A stretch of 64,000 nucleotides of DNA from Syntrophales bacterium. GTDB taxonomy: Bacteria > Desulfobacterota > Syntrophia > Syntrophales > UBA2210. The notes under the pieces were generated by a model. It did no database searches. It was not told the DNA's origin and saw only the letters and a list, made by a program, of their open reading frames with translations. Below, in pieces: positions 1 to 10,605 of this stretch (the first letter of the stretch is position 1; the number at the start of each line of letters is the position of its first letter). The translations under genes and the position numbers were made by a program. The stretch is from NCBI GenBank assembly GCA_963662405.2, contig CAXXKT010000003.1:160001-224000 (forward strand), read 5' to 3'.

Positions 1-78
1 GAGAATCCGTCTCAGATGCTGCGCTATATGGTTCCCGAGAAGGACCGGCGGGGGGGCGTGTCGGGGAAGGACTGGTAG
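1..78 (+). CDS. 3' end of upstream gene, probably BatC/BatB-like TPR protein (partial)
   Basis: Frame 1 reads ENPSQMLRYMVPEKDRRGGVSGKDW* and stops 1 nt before batD; a terminal KDW is typical of BatC-like proteins. Confidence 0.5.
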   Translation, partial: ENPSQMLRYMVPEKDRRGGVSGKDW

Positions 79-79
79 G

Positions 80-1831
80 ATGAAGAAGATCGCCGTGATA
101 ATCGTACTCATACTGTCCTGTCTCCTGCTCTCCGTGCCGGCCGCGGCGGAGATCGGCGTTGCGCTCAGACTGGATCGGGCCGAGGCGACCCCGGCGGACA
201 CCATTCGTATGCAGGTCAGCGTGTCCGGGACCCGCAGCCGGGACGGAGAGCCCGTCATCCGGGGGCTGGAATCGTTCCATGTCAGCCGGGGCGGCACGTC
301 CAGCCGTGTCCAGATCATCAACGGGGAGATGAACGCGGGGATCGAATACTCCTATTTCATCCAGCCGAAGAAAACGGGGGCCTTCACGATCGGACCGGCC
401 GAGATAGAGGTGGAGGGCAGGAAGCTGGAGAGCAAAACGGTCACGCTCGTGGTGAAGGAGGCGTCATCACAGTCCGGCGCGGACCGCGGCACCGTTTTCA
501 TCGAGGCATCGCTCTCTTCCGGAGACGTGTATGTCGAGGAACAGGCGATCTACACGGTCAAGCTGCTCTACCGGGTCGGCGTCGACAACCTCTCCCTCGG
601 TCTTCCGGAGATCGAGCATGTGACGTTCAAACAGCTCGGGCGGCCCGGTGAATATCAGACCTCCGTGGAGGGGAAGACATACGGTGTCGTGGAGATCCGG
701 TATGCCCTCGTGGCGTCACGAGCAGGAGAATATGTCATCGGCCCCACCACGATGAAGATGACCGTCCGGCAGCAGGGGGGGCGCTCACGGGTTGACGATT
801 TTTTCAGAGACCCCTTCGCCGGTTCGTCCGGCCGCCCGGTGACCGTGGGCAGCGACCCGATCGAACTGGTGGTACGTGATCTCCCTGCGGGAAAGCCCTC
901 TGACTTCAGCGGTCTGGTGGGAGATTTCGGGATGGAATCGACCCTGGAGCCGACCGATCTGAAGACAGGTGACTCGGCTACACTGACGATCCGGGTCAGC
1001 GGGGAGGGAAACGTTCAGCGGATACCCGATATTAGAATTCCCGAACTTGCCTTCGCACGGACGTACTGCGATCAGCCGGTCCTGGAAACCACGGAGGACG
1101 AGGACGGGATCGGCGGGGCCAAGACGATGAAATGGGCGCTGGTCCCCGAAAAGGCCGGCACGCTTAGCATTCCGCCCATTACCCTGAGCTTTTTCAACCC
1201 GGATGCGGAGCGATACACCACACTGAAGACGCCCGCGTATACCCTGTCCGTTTCACCCGGCGAAAAACCGGAGATGACACCGTTCCAGGCGACCCCGGGA
1301 GTTGGAAAGCCGGCCGAAGGTTCGGCCAAACAGGAGGTCCGGCAGGTCGGCACGGACATCCTGCCGATCCACACGCAGATCGGGAACCTGTCGGTCCCGT
1401 GGCGGTACCTGGCCACCGGCTGGCGCCTCTGGCTTGTCCTGTTTGGTCCCCTGCTTGTGTATCTGGCGCTCCTCGGCGGGGTGAAGGTCTATAACCGGTC
1501 CCCTGAGCACGTCTTGCAGTTCAGGTCCCGGAACGCCTATCGATTGTTGCAGAAGCGGTGCCGTCGCCTGCCCCCCGGCGATACCGATCTCATCGATGCC
1601 TTCACGGAATACCTGAACGACCGTTTCGGCCTCTCCATCGCTGTCCTGACGGCCGATGACGCCATGAGGGCATTGCGGGAACAAGGCGTCGGCGCCGATA
1701 CCGCAGAACGAATCCGTGTCATTATCCAGCGGCTCGAACAGGCCGTCTATGCGGGAGAAGACCCAGGGGATGCGGACGCGGCTGGGGATCTGGTGAAACT
1801 GGTCGAGAGGGTGGAAAAGGAGATCCGATGA
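80..1831 (+). CDS. batD: BatD family protein
   Basis: Signal peptide, SSRVQIING motif, repeated Ig-like BatD domains, C-terminal TM helix; followed by a BatE-like gene. Confidence 0.85.
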   Translation: MKKIAVIIVLILSCLLLSVPAAAEIGVALRLDRAEATPADTIRMQVSVSGTRSRDGEPVIRGLESFHVSRGGTSSRVQIINGEMNAGIEYSYFIQPKKTGAFTIGPAEIEVEGRKLESKTVTLVVKEASSQSGADRGTVFIEASLSSGDVYVEEQAIYTVKLLYRVGVDNLSLGLPEIEHVTFKQLGRPGEYQTSVEGKTYGVVEIRYALVASRAGEYVIGPTTMKMTVRQQGGRSRVDDFFRDPFAGSSGRPVTVGSDPIELVVRDLPAGKPSDFSGLVGDFGMESTLEPTDLKTGDSATLTIRVSGEGNVQRIPDIRIPELAFARTYCDQPVLETTEDEDGIGGAKTMKWALVPEKAGTLSIPPITLSFFNPDAERYTTLKTPAYTLSVSPGEKPEMTPFQATPGVGKPAEGSAKQEVRQVGTDILPIHTQIGNLSVPWRYLATGWRLWLVLFGPLLVYLALLGGVKVYNRSPEHVLQFRSRNAYRLLQKRCRRLPPGDTDLIDAFTEYLNDRFGLSIAVLTADDAMRALREQGVGADTAERIRVIIQRLEQAVYAGEDPGDADAAGDLVKLVERVEKEIR

Positions 1832-2604
1832 ACGCACGTCTCCATTGTATCATAGTACTGTTGATTGCATGCCTGCTGGTCCCGCTTACGGCGCAGGCGC
1901 AGACCGGCGGGTCGGCGGAAGGGGTCTTTTTCGAGGCCAACCGTGCCTATAACAACGGGGCCTTCCAGGATGCCGTCGACGGATATCGCCGGCTCATCGA
2001 AGACGACCGTGCAAGCGGCCATCTCTATTATAACCTCGGCAACGCCTGGTTCCATCTCGACCGTCTTGGGAAGGCGATCCTCGCGTACGAACGGGCGCGC
2101 CTCCTCATTCCCCGTGACAGCGATCTCGCTTTCAACCTTACCCAGGCCCGGGACCAGACGCGGGATGAGACCGGCGATACCGCCGCGGTTTCCTTCCTGG
2201 ATATCCTGGGGATCGAAAATATGAGCCGGTACGAGGCCTTCGCTGTTTTTGCCCTGCTCAATATCCTCTTTTTCGCCGTTCTGTGCCTGCGGATCTTCAG
2301 AAAGGCGGAGTGGACCTACTATCTGACGATCTTCCTGGCCATCTTCGTCGGCATCGGCGGATCTGTCAGCGCCTTGAAGTGGTATGAATCACTGACCGAT
2401 GATCGGGCGGTTGTCATCGCCGAAGAGGTCGAGGTCCTGGCTGGTCCCCATCCGGAAGACACCATCCTTTTCAAGATCCACGAAGGGACGGTGGTCCGTC
2501 ATGAACGATCCGAGGACGGGTGGGTGTTACTCCGGTTATCGGAAGGAAAACGGGGATGGGCGCAGGCCGATCAGGTGGAGCGGGTCGTGAGGCCGTCCGG
2601 ATAG
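1828..2604 (+). CDS. batE: BatE-like TPR + TM + bacterial SH3 protein
   Basis: TPR (YYNLGNAWFHLDRLGKAILAYERA), two TM helices, C-terminal SH3b (IHEGTVVRHERSEDGWVLLRLSEGKRGW); ATGA overlap with batD. Confidence 0.8.
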   Translation: MNARLHCIIVLLIACLLVPLTAQAQTGGSAEGVFFEANRAYNNGAFQDAVDGYRRLIEDDRASGHLYYNLGNAWFHLDRLGKAILAYERARLLIPRDSDLAFNLTQARDQTRDETGDTAAVSFLDILGIENMSRYEAFAVFALLNILFFAVLCLRIFRKAEWTYYLTIFLAIFVGIGGSVSALKWYESLTDDRAVVIAEEVEVLAGPHPEDTILFKIHEGTVVRHERSEDGWVLLRLSEGKRGWAQADQVERVVRPSG

Positions 2605-2798
2605 AGGAAAGCACAGGACGTGACCCATACCGTAAAAAAGGGTCTTCAGATCACGCGGCCGTCCCGATGACACCCGCGTGGTGACGTGGCTGGCTATGGT
2701 CTTTTCCATCATGCTCTTCGTCCGTTCCCTTCCTGTTCCTGCGTACCGCCGCCGTTTTTTTATTGACTTATCGAATCTGTTTTGTTTGAATCCATCTC

Positions 2799-2981
2799 GT
2801 TTCGGTGCCCGGAAGGGATTAAAAGGGAACTCCGTGTAAATCGGAGACGGGCCCGCCGCTGTTACTCTTCCCCATTCCACCGGGAGTGGGGAGTCTGATG
2901 GGCGTGAGGATGCCACTGTTGCTTTCCAGGGCAATGGGAAGGCGGTCCATCGGATGGAGAAGTCAGAAGACCTGCCGAAAC
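2799..2981 (+). promoter_or_regulatory. Cobalamin riboswitch 1
   Basis: P1 GTTTCGGT/GCCGAAAC; AAAAGGGAActccGTGTAAATCggagaCGGgCCCGCCGCTGT; GCCACTG...TGGGAAGGC; B12 box AAGTCAGAAGACCTGCC. Confidence 0.92.
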
Positions 2982-3046
2982 AAATAGCGGGTGAGCCGCG
3001 TGGACCACGGCACGCCTGAGAAGATAGATTCGTGGATAAAAATGGG

Positions 3047-3083
3047 AAATCCCGGATTGCGCAATGCGGTCCGGGATTTTTTT
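3047..3083 (+). terminator. Intrinsic terminator, probable expression platform of riboswitch 1
   Basis: AAATCCCGGATTGC...GCGGTCCGGGATTT followed by a T-run, between the aptamer and the ORF at 3142. Confidence 0.8.
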
Positions 3084-3141
3084 GTGCCGGGTATCCACGG
3101 GTGCTTTCTGCTGTTTTACGAGGAAAAATAGAGGGTTGGAA

Positions 3142-3474
3142 ATGGCGGATATGAATGAAGCATATGATGTTTCCAGCGTCGGGAGGGTGTATCGGAAAAG
3201 CCTCGAACTCTTCGCGCACCGTTACGAAAATGAAAACGGGATCGGGATAGACCTGGACGACCTTGGCGTGGGGCAGAAATTCTTTGTTGTTTTTCCCAGC
3301 GGAACCGGTTTTACCCGCACGTCGGCGGTGAAAATCGCGTAGAGAGGAGAAGACGATGGGCGAGTCACTGTTGGAAATCGATTTACAAAACCTGGATTTT
3401 TGAACCAGGTTTTCTCCTCAGCGGACCGGTTGATCCATCTGTACGAGGCGCATGATTCAGGGGGAAAGGGGTAA
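3142..3474 (+). pseudogene. Hypothetical ORF under riboswitch 1, interrupted by in-frame TAG (3340-3342)
   Basis: GAGGG SD, ATG 3142; 66 codons, TAG, then 43 more sense codons in the same frame to TAA 3472-3474. Confidence 0.45.
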
Positions 3475-3634
3475 ACAACCGCACCCGGGCGGAGGGATGG
3501 AACACCTGAAGGCGGGATGCGCATGACTGATAAGACACCGTTGAGAAATATGAGAATCAAGGAGAACCCGGCCATATCAACCGATATGCCGTCGGTATGT
3601 CTTTTTGCTCTTAAACAATAGAGTAAGAGAGCGT

Positions 3635-3771
3635 GATCAGGACACGGAAGACGGTGTAAATCCGTCGCGGACGCGCCACTGTAACTGACGAAAACCCATC
3701 ACAGTCACTGCCGTTTACCGGTGGGAAGACGGAGATATCTGAGGGGTCAGAAGCCAGGAGACGACCTGATC
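3635..3771 (+). promoter_or_regulatory. Cobalamin riboswitch 2 (metE leader)
   Basis: P1 GATCAGG/CCTGATC; CGGAAgacGGTGTAAATCCgtcgCGGacgCGCCACTGTAA; AGTCACTG...GGGAAGAC; AAGCCAGGAGAC; lies upstream of metE. Confidence 0.88.
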
Positions 3772-3884
3772 GGGTGGAGTACGACTGTCTCGCGAACAGG
3801 CAGGAATGCGATCGGGTGTCGCCCGGCAGCGGCTTTTTGCCATATGAATTGCTGTGCTTCGTGCCGCGCTTTGCCGGACATGTC

Positions 3885-3922
3885 GTTGCTCCTTCAACCA
3901 TTACTGTGATGAAAGGAGTAAC
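3885..3922 (+). promoter_or_regulatory. SD-sequestering hairpin of metE
   Basis: GTTGCTCCTT (3885-3894) pairs over 10 bp with AAGGAGTAAC (3913-3922), which contains the metE SD. Confidence 0.65.
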
Positions 3923-3925
3923 ACA

Positions 3926-6223
3926 ATGAAAACACACGTCTTAGGCTTCCCTCGTATCGGCGCCCGTCGCGAACTGAAAAGGGCCCTGGAAGATTACTGG
4001 TCAGGGGCCATTTCTCCCCGGCAGTTGATCGCGATCGGCAACTCACTGAAAGAAACCCACTGGAAGATTCAGCGTGATGCAGGGCTTTCCTACGTTACCA
4101 CGGGGGATTTTTCCCTGTATGACCATATGCTGGATACCTCTGTCATGCTGGGCGCTGTTCCTGCGCGTTTCGGGGCTTATACTCCGGACGCCCACTTCGA
4201 GATCTATTTCAAGATGGCCAGGGGCGACGCCTTTCATAATGCCGCCGCCATGGAGATGACCAAGTGGTTCAACACCAACTACCACTATATTGTTCCCGAG
4301 ATCACTGCTGACCTGACGCTTTCTCTCTCTTCGCGGTCTGTCCTGGACGATACCCGCCGGGCCATTCGACTGGGCTATTCCCCCAAGCCTGTGCTGGTCG
4401 GACCTGTAACCTATCTTTCTCTGGCAAAGGGAACCGGTGAAATCACCTCGTGGGACAGGCTCGAAGAGATCACGGATATCTATGCCGCGGTGATTGCCGA
4501 GTTGGGTGACCTGTGCGACTGGATCCAGGTCGATGAACCGATTCTGTGCTGTGACATGACCCCTGAGGCTCGACAGGCCATTCCGCGGGTCTATGCACGA
4601 CTCAACCAGGCGGTCGGGAAAGGGAAGATACTGCTGACGACCTATTTCGATTCGCTTGATGATAACCTTGATCTGGCCGTGTCTTCCGGGTGCGCCGGAC
4701 TGCACGTTGATCTGTCGGGTGGTGGGGATCAGAATCTTGACAGGATTCTTGGCTCCCTGCCCGGTGACATGGCCCTCTCCGTGGGGCTGGTGGCCGGCCG
4801 CAATGTCTGGAAAACGGATCTGAATGCCGCGCTGGCGACCCTCAGAAAGATTCAGTATCACATCGGCGAGGAACGGATGTTCATAGCCTCCGGATGCTCG
4901 CTGTTGCACTGTCCGGTTGACCTGGATCTGGAAACGCAGCTCGATCCCGAGATCAGAAACTGGATGGCCTTTGCCGTGCAGAAGTGTCGTGAGATCAGTC
5001 TTCTGGGCGATATCATGGCGGGGGAAAGGCGGTTCGATGAGCTCAAGGCCAATGTCTCCGCTATCCGTTCGCGTCGGGAAAGCCCCATGACGAGGAACGA
5101 ACGGATCAGGGATGCGTGCGGGGCCGTTGGACAGGAAATGCTTTGTCGCGGGCACGGGTATGCCGAACGGAAAAAGGCCCAGGCCCGGCTGGGGCTGCCG
5201 TTGTTTCCCACGACCACCATTGGTTCCTTCCCACAGACCCCTGAGATCCGCAGGAATCGTCTCCTGTTTAAGAACGGTGATCTTTCCCGTGAGGACTACG
5301 AGGTATTCCTCCGAGACGAGATCAAAAAAACCATTGAGATCCAGGAGGATTTAGGGATTGATGTGTTGGTCCACGGGGAACCGGAGCGAAACGATATGGT
5401 TGAATACTTCGGGGAACGTCTGGACGGCTTTTGTTTTACGGAGAACGGATGGGTCCAGAGTTACGGGAGCCGTTGCGTCAAACCTCCCATTATCTACGGG
5501 GATGTCTCCCGTCCGGCGCCGATGACTGTCGAGTGGTTTGCCTACGCCCAATCACTGACCCGAAAGCCGATGAAAGGAATGCTGACCGGTCCGGTGACGA
5601 TCCTGTGCTGGAGTTTCATCCGCGACGACCTCGACCGTTCGGAGGTCTGCCGACAGATCGCCCTTGCCCTCAGGGACGAGGTGCTCGGTCTGGAGGGGGC
5701 CGGGGCGCGGATCATCCAGATTGATGAACCGGCCTTTCGCGAGGGTCTTCCGTTAAAAGAACGGAATGGCGATGCGTACCTGCGCTGGGCGGTGGACGCC
5801 TTCCGACTGGCCTCTTCCGGGGTCTCCGATCAGACGCAGATCCACACGCACATGTGCTACAGCGAATTTAACGCCATTATCCGTTCCATCGCCGAGATGG
5901 ACGCCGACGTCATCAGCATCGAATCGAGCCGCAGTAAGATGGAGTTGCTCGACGCATTTCGAGCTTTCGATTATCCCAACGATATCGGTCCCGGCGTTTA
6001 TGATATTCACAGTCCGCGCGTTCCCACGACGGAAGAAATCATTGATCTGATTCAGCGGGCGCTCCGGCACATCCCCCTGGAGCGGCTCTGGATCAATCCC
6101 GACTGTGGTCTCAAGACGCGTGACTGGCCGGAGGTTCTGAGGTCTCTTGAGAATATGGTAACAGCCGCTACGACGATACGTGAGCTATGCGCCACCGGGG
6201 ATCATTCCGCCGTACCATCGTGA
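3926..6223 (+). CDS. metE: Cobalamin-independent methionine synthase
   Basis: LGFPRIG, MTKWFNTNYHYIVPE, PTTTIGSFPQT, HGEPERNDMVEYF, zinc ligands HMCYSE and NPDCGLKTR; AAGGAG SD. Confidence 0.97.
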   Translation: MKTHVLGFPRIGARRELKRALEDYWSGAISPRQLIAIGNSLKETHWKIQRDAGLSYVTTGDFSLYDHMLDTSVMLGAVPARFGAYTPDAHFEIYFKMARGDAFHNAAAMEMTKWFNTNYHYIVPEITADLTLSLSSRSVLDDTRRAIRLGYSPKPVLVGPVTYLSLAKGTGEITSWDRLEEITDIYAAVIAELGDLCDWIQVDEPILCCDMTPEARQAIPRVYARLNQAVGKGKILLTTYFDSLDDNLDLAVSSGCAGLHVDLSGGGDQNLDRILGSLPGDMALSVGLVAGRNVWKTDLNAALATLRKIQYHIGEERMFIASGCSLLHCPVDLDLETQLDPEIRNWMAFAVQKCREISLLGDIMAGERRFDELKANVSAIRSRRESPMTRNERIRDACGAVGQEMLCRGHGYAERKKAQARLGLPLFPTTTIGSFPQTPEIRRNRLLFKNGDLSREDYEVFLRDEIKKTIEIQEDLGIDVLVHGEPERNDMVEYFGERLDGFCFTENGWVQSYGSRCVKPPIIYGDVSRPAPMTVEWFAYAQSLTRKPMKGMLTGPVTILCWSFIRDDLDRSEVCRQIALALRDEVLGLEGAGARIIQIDEPAFREGLPLKERNGDAYLRWAVDAFRLASSGVSDQTQIHTHMCYSEFNAIIRSIAEMDADVISIESSRSKMELLDAFRAFDYPNDIGPGVYDIHSPRVPTTEEIIDLIQRALRHIPLERLWINPDCGLKTRDWPEVLRSLENMVTAATTIRELCATGDHSAVPS

Positions 6224-6372
6224 AAACGAGCATTCTGTGCAGGCATGCGCCGCGACGGTGAGGAAAGAGGAGAGATAACGAGAATACCGGTCAGTGATGT
6301 ACATGGAAATTGAAACACAAAGGAACAGAAGAGTTTCCTGTTATTTATTCGAGACGAGGAGGAAGTACAGGT

Positions 6373-7740
6373 ATGGAAGTAATTGATATGGTGCGTAGGG
6401 CGAGAGTTGCCCAGGAACAATTTGAAAAGGAGTTCAATCAGGAACAGGTGGACCGCATTGTCAAAGCCATGGCAAAGACCGTATATGATAACGCGGAGGA
6501 ACTGGCGCGGCTGGCTGTGGAAGAGACACAGATGGGCGTGTATGAAGACAAGGTGGCAAAATGCAGGAGTAAATCCATGGGGGTCTGGCTCGATCTGGCG
6601 GATAAGAAATCGATGGGCGTCATCGGTATGGATGAACGCACCAGGCTTATCGAGATCGCCAAACCGGTGGGTGTTGTCGCCGGCATAACCCCCATGACCA
6701 ATCCGGTCGTTACCCCCATGTCGAAGACCATGTTTGCGCTCAAGACGAAAAACGCCATCATTATTGCCCCGCACCCGAAGGCCGAGAGATGTTCTTCCCT
6801 GACCATGGAGATGATCCAGAAGGCAATCACCCCGTTTCATGTGCCTGACGGGTTGGTGCAGGTCATGAGAGGGACCTCCATTCAACGGACACAGGAACTC
6901 ATGGGGTTATGCGATGTCGTGGTCGCCACCGGTGGTATGCCCATGGTCAAGGCGGCTTACTCCTCAGGAAAGCCGTCGTTCGGTGTCGGAGCGGGAAACG
7001 CCCAGGTTATTCTGGATCGGGATATAGACTTCCGCGAGGCCGCGGAGAAGATTATCTTCGGCCGCGGCTTTGATAACGGGATCATCTGCTCGGGGGAACA
7101 GAGCTTCGTCTATCATGAGGACGACCGGGATGCGGTCATGCGTGCGTTTGAAAAAAACCGGGCCTACATCGTCAAAGACGAGGAGCGCGGCAGGATCCTG
7201 AACGCGATCTTTGAAAACGGGCATATGTCCCGCGATGTGGTCGGTCAATCCGCCACGTTCATCGCCAGCAAGGCGGGGATCACGATACCCGACGATACCC
7301 TGGTATTGATAGTGGAGGCCAAGGGAATCGGTGCGGACGATCCGATCAGCAAGGAGAAGATGTGTCCCGTTCTCGGCGCCTTCCAGTACAGGACCATTGA
7401 AGAAGCCATCCGGATCGCCAAGGCCAATCTGGCCTACGAAGGGAATGGTCACACCGCCGGCATCCATTCCAACGACCAGGAGAATATCCTGAAGGCCGGG
7501 AGCGGGCTTTCGGTATCGCGTTTTATCGTGAACGCGCCCTGTGCCACCACCGCGGGCGGATCCATTCAGGCGGGCCTGCCCTTTACCAATACGCTGGGAT
7601 GTGGCACGTGGGGAAACAACTCCATCTCCGAGAACTTTACCTACAAGCATTTACTCAACGTCACACGGATCGCTTCCGTGTCTCCCGCGATATCGGTCCC
7701 TTCCGCCGATGAGGTGTGGCGGGGGGCGGGTGCCCGATAG
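6373..7740 (+). CDS. CoA-acylating aldehyde dehydrogenase, most similar in motifs to clostridial SucD (succinyl-CoA reductase)
   Basis: EETQMGVYEDKVAKC, TPMTNPVVTPM, ATGG..VKAAYSSG, FDNGIICSGEQS, KEKMCPVL, TLGCGTWGNNSISEN. Confidence 0.85.
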   Translation: MEVIDMVRRARVAQEQFEKEFNQEQVDRIVKAMAKTVYDNAEELARLAVEETQMGVYEDKVAKCRSKSMGVWLDLADKKSMGVIGMDERTRLIEIAKPVGVVAGITPMTNPVVTPMSKTMFALKTKNAIIIAPHPKAERCSSLTMEMIQKAITPFHVPDGLVQVMRGTSIQRTQELMGLCDVVVATGGMPMVKAAYSSGKPSFGVGAGNAQVILDRDIDFREAAEKIIFGRGFDNGIICSGEQSFVYHEDDRDAVMRAFEKNRAYIVKDEERGRILNAIFENGHMSRDVVGQSATFIASKAGITIPDDTLVLIVEAKGIGADDPISKEKMCPVLGAFQYRTIEEAIRIAKANLAYEGNGHTAGIHSNDQENILKAGSGLSVSRFIVNAPCATTAGGSIQAGLPFTNTLGCGTWGNNSISENFTYKHLLNVTRIASVSPAISVPSADEVWRGAGAR

Positions 7741-7906
7741 ATGGATCTCCGGGCCGTTTCGAGGGTGACATCCGCAGGGGATTCGGCTATAGAGCCGATG
7801 AAACAGATGGAATGCCTGAGTCATCACCGATGCGGTCCGGACCGGGGGCTTATGACCCGCGGTAAGGCATTGCCGCCGAGAGATTCATAGTCAGGAGGAA
7901 AAAGCC

Positions 7907-8167
7907 ATGAAGAGGATAACCGGTTGCTCAAAGGCGGCGATTTGCCCCCTCTGCGGGAGGAAATTCCCCTGTGGTGTTTCCGGACGGAAGGATGTATGCT
8001 GGTGTTATTACTTTCCTGTTGTCGATGATCGTTCCTTAAAGGAACAAGGGCTTGCAACATGTGTGTGTCCTGTATGTTTGCGGCACATTGCACTTCAGCA
8101 GTACTACTCTGAGGAGCACCTTCCTCATATTGAGTTTACTGAGACCGAGTGGGTGATAGAGCTGTAA
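7907..8167 (+). CDS. Cysteine-rich CWC family small protein
   Basis: CPLCG..F.CG......CWC...CVCPVCL pattern; AGGAGG SD. Confidence 0.75.
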   Translation: MKRITGCSKAAICPLCGRKFPCGVSGRKDVCWCYYFPVVDDRSLKEQGLATCVCPVCLRHIALQQYYSEEHLPHIEFTETEWVIEL

Positions 8168-8375
8168 CGCTGTTCTTTGCAGGAACGCTGTTCAGGTAGC
8201 AACAGCGTGGTTGAGAATGCTTCGATATGGCTACCGTCCAGCCGCCGATGATGGCGTGCCGGTTATGGTCACCTTCTGGCGGTGGTGTCAGGCCAGATCC
8301 ATCTGCGGGCTTGCTTTTGCCCAAAAGGTGTGCGAAATATCCTTCGTTTTTGACAACAGCAGAAGGGACATGATC

Positions 8376-10070
8376 ATGACGAACACAGATACCGGTTCTC
8401 CCACCGATTTCATTCGTGAAATCATTGACAAAGATCTCAAGGACGGCAAAACCACCGGGCGGGTGGCGACGCGTTTTCCCCCCGAGCCGAACGGTTATAT
8501 CCACATCGGCCACGCCAAGTCGATCTGCCTCAATTTCGGAATCGCCGCGCAGTACGGCGGGACCTGTAACCTCCGGTTTGACGACACCGACCCGAGCGGC
8601 GAATCGCTCGAGTACGTGGAATCGATTATCGACAATATCCACTGGCTGGGATTCGACTGGGGAGACCGCCGGTTCTTCGCCTCGGACTACTTCGATCAAC
8701 TGCACGCATTCGCCGTTCAACTGATCAAGGCGGGGAAGGCCTACGTCTGCGACCTGAACGCCGACGAGATACGCGAGTACCGCGGGACCTTCACCGAACC
8801 GGGGCAGGACAGCCCCCACCGGGGCCGGACCGTCGAGGAGAACCTGGATCTCTTTGAAAGGATGCGAGCCGGCGAGTTCCCCGACGGTTCCCACGTCCTG
8901 CGCGCGAAGATCGACATGGCCTCCCCCAACATCGTCATGCGCGATCCCGTGATATACCGGATCAAGCGGGAGCCCCACTACCGGACGGGGAACTCATGGG
9001 TGATCTACCCCATGTACGATTTCGCTCACTGCCTCTCCGACGCCATCGAGAGGATCACCCACTCGATCTGCACCCTCGAATTCGAGAATAACCGGCCCCT
9101 GTACGACTGGATCCTGGATCAACTCCTGGAGGGGGACCGCCCCCGGCAGATCGAATTCGCCCGTCTCAACCTGAGTTATACCGTTCTCAGCAAACGGGTC
9201 CTGATCGAACTGGTTACTAAGGGGTATGTCGCGGGCTGGGACGACCCCCGGATGCCCACCGTCGCGGGGATGCGGCGGCGCGGTTTCCCGCCGGGGGCGA
9301 TCAGGGAGTTCTGCGCCCAGATCGGCGTCGCGAAGAACGACAACCTGATCGACGTCGCCCTCCTCGAACACTGCGTCCGCGAGGAGCTGAACGAGACGGC
9401 GCCGCGGGTGATGGGTGTCCTCCGTCCCCTGAAGGTCATCATCGACAACTATCCCGAGGAACAGGTCGAGGAATTCGAATGCGCCAACCATCCGCAGAAA
9501 CCGGAGATGGGGACGCGGACGCTCCCCTTCTCGCGGGAGCTCTACATCGAGCGGGACGATTTTCAGGAGGATCCCCCCGGCAAGTACAAGCGGCTCGCCC
9601 CGGGGCGGGAGGTCCGTCTGCGGAACGCCTATGTCATCAAATATGAGAGCATGGTGAAGGACGAGGCAACCGGGGAGGTCGTTGAGCTGCACTGCACCTA
9701 CGACCCCGAGACGCGGAACGCCCCACCCCCCGACGGGCGCAAGATCAAGGGGGTCATCCACTGGCTCTCCGCCCGGCACTCTATCCCCGCCGAGGTGCGC
9801 CTCTACGACCGTCTCTTCCAGGTCCCCAACCCCGCCGCCGGGGAGGAGGATTTTACCCACTATCTGAACCCCGCATCGCTGGAGACCCTGACCGACTGCC
9901 GGGTGGAACCGGCCCTCAAAGAAGCGGCGCCGGGGAGCCGGTACCAGTTCGAGCGCATCGGTTACTTCTGTATCGACGTGAAGGATTCGACCCTCGAAAG
10001 GCCGGTCTTCAGCCGCGTCGTGGCGCTCCGGGACGCGTGGGGGAAGATCGCGGAAAAGGGTGGAAAATAA
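8376..10070 (+). CDS. glnS: Glutamine--tRNA ligase
   Basis: [58 protein letters not shown]; start 8370 or 8376. Confidence 0.96.
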   Translation: MTNTDTGSPTDFIREIIDKDLKDGKTTGRVATRFPPEPNGYIHIGHAKSICLNFGIAAQYGGTCNLRFDDTDPSGESLEYVESIIDNIHWLGFDWGDRRFFASDYFDQLHAFAVQLIKAGKAYVCDLNADEIREYRGTFTEPGQDSPHRGRTVEENLDLFERMRAGEFPDGSHVLRAKIDMASPNIVMRDPVIYRIKREPHYRTGNSWVIYPMYDFAHCLSDAIERITHSICTLEFENNRPLYDWILDQLLEGDRPRQIEFARLNLSYTVLSKRVLIELVTKGYVAGWDDPRMPTVAGMRRRGFPPGAIREFCAQIGVAKNDNLIDVALLEHCVREELNETAPRVMGVLRPLKVIIDNYPEEQVEEFECANHPQKPEMGTRTLPFSRELYIERDDFQEDPPGKYKRLAPGREVRLRNAYVIKYESMVKDEATGEVVELHCTYDPETRNAPPPDGRKIKGVIHWLSARHSIPAEVRLYDRLFQVPNPAAGEEDFTHYLNPASLETLTDCRVEPALKEAAPGSRYQFERIGYFCIDVKDSTLERPVFSRVVALRDAWGKIAEKGGK

Positions 10071-10185
10071 CAGCCTCGCGGTATGCTGCGGGGGAATGTC
10101 ATGATGTGTTATTTCGCCACGACTGGCGAAGTAGCGACAGCGAAACAAACAAAACTGATTCTGGTAATAAAATCAAAACGTACAG

Positions 10186-10218
10186 AAAAAGGGTTGCAAC
10201 TTCCAGTTGCAACCCTTT
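10186..10218. terminator. Probable bidirectional intrinsic terminator between convergent glnS and tRNA-Gln
   Basis: AAAGGGTTGCAACT-TCC-AGTTGCAACCCTTT perfect inverted repeat flanked by A/T runs. Confidence 0.8.
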
Positions 10219-10227
10219 GATATGTCA

Positions 10228-10301
10228 TGGCTGGGGGACAAGGATTCGAACCTTGATTGACGGAGTCAGAGTCCGCTGTCCTACCATTGAACGATCCCCC
10301 A
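10228..10301 (-). tRNA. tRNA-Gln(CTG)
   Basis: Reverse complement TGGGGGATCGTTCAATGGTAGGACAGCGGACTCTGACTCCGTCAATCAAGGTTCGAATCCTTGTCCCCCAGCCA; anticodon CTG, encoded CCA. Confidence 0.96.
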
Positions 10302-10476
10302 GTAAAACGGATCGAATGATCTTCACGCCGCAGCATGATTGACGAACCTATATAGTTGCCCCGGCCTTTTTTGTCAATACCTTTTCTTTCTCTTTTCTTT
10401 TCTGGGTCAGACAAAAGCAACCGAACGTCACCGATAGGGTGATTGAGGCCTTCTCACGCTCCTGATCAGAGAATCC

Positions 10477-10505
10477 TTGACATATATGTTCAATATTCTT
10501 ATAAC
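10477..10505 (+). promoter_or_regulatory. Sigma70-type promoter of the large surface protein gene
   Basis: TTGACA-N17-TATAAC about 100 nt upstream of ATG 10606. Confidence 0.6.
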
Positions 10506-10605
10506 TGTCAGCTAGAAGTAGGACCTGCTCTATTCAATGCGAGGGATTGAACTGTAAACGTTCCAAAGTTTCCGCTGGCTGTTTCGGCCGAAGGGGGGTA
10601 CGCCG

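Noticed and set aside
3854..3925. N-terminal extensions in the ORF track (metE, glnS from 8211, truA to 25396, leuD from 29840, kinase to 60304)
   Set aside because: Homology and SD sequences point to downstream starts; the extensions overlap regulatory or intergenic DNA
10510..10605. Possible c-di-GMP riboswitch before the adhesin-like gene
   Set aside because: No GEMM-type motifs recognisable
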